DNA of 40,929 bases from assembly GCA_034660995.1 (NCBI GenBank), contig JAYEKL010000063.1:5449-46377 (forward strand), read 5' to 3'. The position numbers and the translations under genes were made by a program. This DNA is from Patescibacteria group bacterium. Lineage in GTDB: Bacteria; Patescibacteriota; Minisyncoccia; JAHIHE01; JAGLIN01. Under the pieces are notes generated by a model, which saw nothing but the letters and a program-made list of their open reading frames with translations, did not search any database and had not been told where the DNA came from. Below, one piece after another: positions 40,090 through 40,929 of this stretch. Within the stretch, counting starts at the first letter, position 1; each line of letters starts with the position of its first letter.

Positions 40090-40929
40090 TTAATTGTTAT
40101 TGCATTCATTATTGCTTACATTACCAGAAGTTAAGCGCGGGAACAAAATCTCGCCTTTTTTTATTTTTATTCCAGATTTTAATCCGCCCCATATTTGCGC
40201 TTCTTTTAAGGTTTTATTTAATTCTCCTTTTTTTTCTTTTTCGTCCGCAAATAATTGCGCAAAAATTTTCATTGCAGTTTCTGGCATAAACGGATATATC
40301 ATCCAAGCGATATGGCGCAGGCTTTCTAATAAATTACAAATAATCTCATCTTTTTTCTTTCCTTCTAATTGCCATGGTTTTTCTTCTTCAATATATTTAT
40401 CGCAAACACTAATAAATTTCCAAATAGCATTTAAAGTTTCGTTTAATCTAAATTTATTTAAAGCATCTTCATATTCTTCCCAAGTTTTATTTGTGGTTGT
40501 TTGAAAATTAGAAATTGAAAATTGATTGGAAATTGGAAATTGGAAATTGGAAATTTTAGCCATTGATATAATCCTTGCTGTCAGATTTCCTAGTCCATTT
40601 GCTAAATCTGCCTGATAAACTTCTTCAAATCTTTCATAAGAAAAATTACCATCGCCATTAGAAGGAATTTCTTTCAGTAAATAATATCGCAAAGCGTCTA
40701 CTCCATATTTATCAATAACTTCAAATGGATCAACAATGTTGCCAAGTGACTTGCTCATTTTTTGTCCGTCAGATGTGATAAAGCCGTGAATAAATATTTT
40801 TTGAGGTAGTGAAAGACCAATAGACATTAGCATTGCTGGCCAGATAGCTGCATGAAAACGCAAAATGTCTTTGCCGATGACGTGGATATCGGCAGGCCAA
40901 AAATCAAGTAGAGGCTTAGCCTCCAGGTT
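40090..40929 (-). CDS. metG: Methionine--tRNA ligase, C-terminal part (N-terminus lies beyond the window end)
   Basis: The reading frame stays open to the window edge (…DFWPADIHVIGKDILRFHAAIWPAMLMS…GQKMSKSLGN). It includes the KMSKS loop and the anticodon-binding helical domain. Confidence 0.9.
   Translation of the reverse strand, partial: NLEAKPLLDFWPADIHVIGKDILRFHAAIWPAMLMSIGLSLPQKIFIHGFITSDGQKMSKSLGNIVDPFEVIDKYGVDALRYYLLKEIPSNGDGNFSYERFEEVYQADLANGLGNLTARIISMAKISNFQFPISNQFSISNFQTTTNKTWEEYEDALNKFRLNETLNAIWKFISVCDKYIEEEKPWQLEGKKKDEIICNLLESLRHIAWMIYPFMPETAMKIFAQLFADEKEKKGELNKTLKEAQIWGGLKSGIKIKKGEILFPRLTSGNVSNNECNNN
40501..40553 (-). repeat. In-frame 7-nt tandem repeat inside metG
   Basis: Plus strand ttgaaaa ttagaaa ttgaaaa ttga, then ttggaaa x4 (40526-40553). 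It encodes ISNFQFPISNQFSISNFQ with a 7-aa period. Confidence 0.85.

Noticed and set aside
40000-40134. Possible 44-aa plus-strand membrane peptide (MSKKKIISLRSIKDTLIFRVIAPNLPTIAFLIVIAFIIAYITRS) with AGAGGGA upstream
   Set aside because: It is plausible (RBS-like sequence, one TM helix). However, it overlaps the metG 3' end by 45 nt, is very short and has no recognisable homology. It cannot be supported from sequence alone.
1-40929. Alternative genetic code (UGA recoding as in some CPR lineages)
   Set aside because: All long housekeeping ORFs are full length and uninterrupted under the standard bacterial code.
1-40929. Autonomous mobile element, prophage, diversity-generating retroelement or toxin-antitoxin pair
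   Set aside because: No ORF shows transposase, integrase, reverse-transcriptase, phage structural or TA-like motifs. All repeat families here are ORF-less.

Overview
This is an AT-rich bacterial chromosomal segment, roughly one-third G+C by eye. It has compact housekeeping content in a Patescibacteria/CPR-like style. That placement is inferred from the gene set, the Lys/Glu-rich extensions on housekeeping proteins and the repeat types; no rRNA is present to confirm it.

Gene backbone:
- Minus strand, left end: ahcY plus a PfkB kinase.
- Plus strand: tRNA-Tyr, uppS, mltG, a DJ-1/PfpI protein and rplJ-rplL.
- Envelope/division block: a 768-aa membrane protein, a wHTH protein, an ftsA-like gene and a 586-aa membrane protein.
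- Ribosomal block: infA-rpmJ-rpsM-rpsK-rpsD-rpoA-rplQ followed by rplM-rpsI.
- Then a Cys-motif membrane protein, a SEDS polymerase, a 913-aa FN3 surface protein, glyQS, NIF3 and pepF.
- Minus strand, right end: metG (partial)-tatD-GT2-leuS.

No transposase, integrase, cas or reverse-transcriptase gene is visible.

Features worth a second look:
1. leuS is about 300 aa too long. It carries an in-frame module with a perfect Nudix box and a second ASCH/PUA-like module that splits a zinc knuckle.
2. Region 26.35-30.13 kb is an accessory patch.
   - glyQS has a replacement 3' end, and a frameshifted older copy of that 3' end lies 2 kb downstream.
   - An AAA/DUF234 ATPase cassette is bounded by a perfect 16-bp direct repeat.
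   - There is one intact and one truncated small GIY-YIG nuclease gene, each next to the same hairpin repeat and each just upstream of a displaced gene 3' remnant (glyQS', M24 peptidase').
   - One MITE is inserted inside another, with a 9-bp target duplication.
3. At least four families of short hairpin/MITE-like repeats (called A-D here) fill almost every intergenic spacer, including spacers inside the ribosomal operon.
4. Related palindromes and 7-nt-period repeats sit in frame inside leuS and metG.

All functional calls come from motif recognition by eye. No database search was possible.
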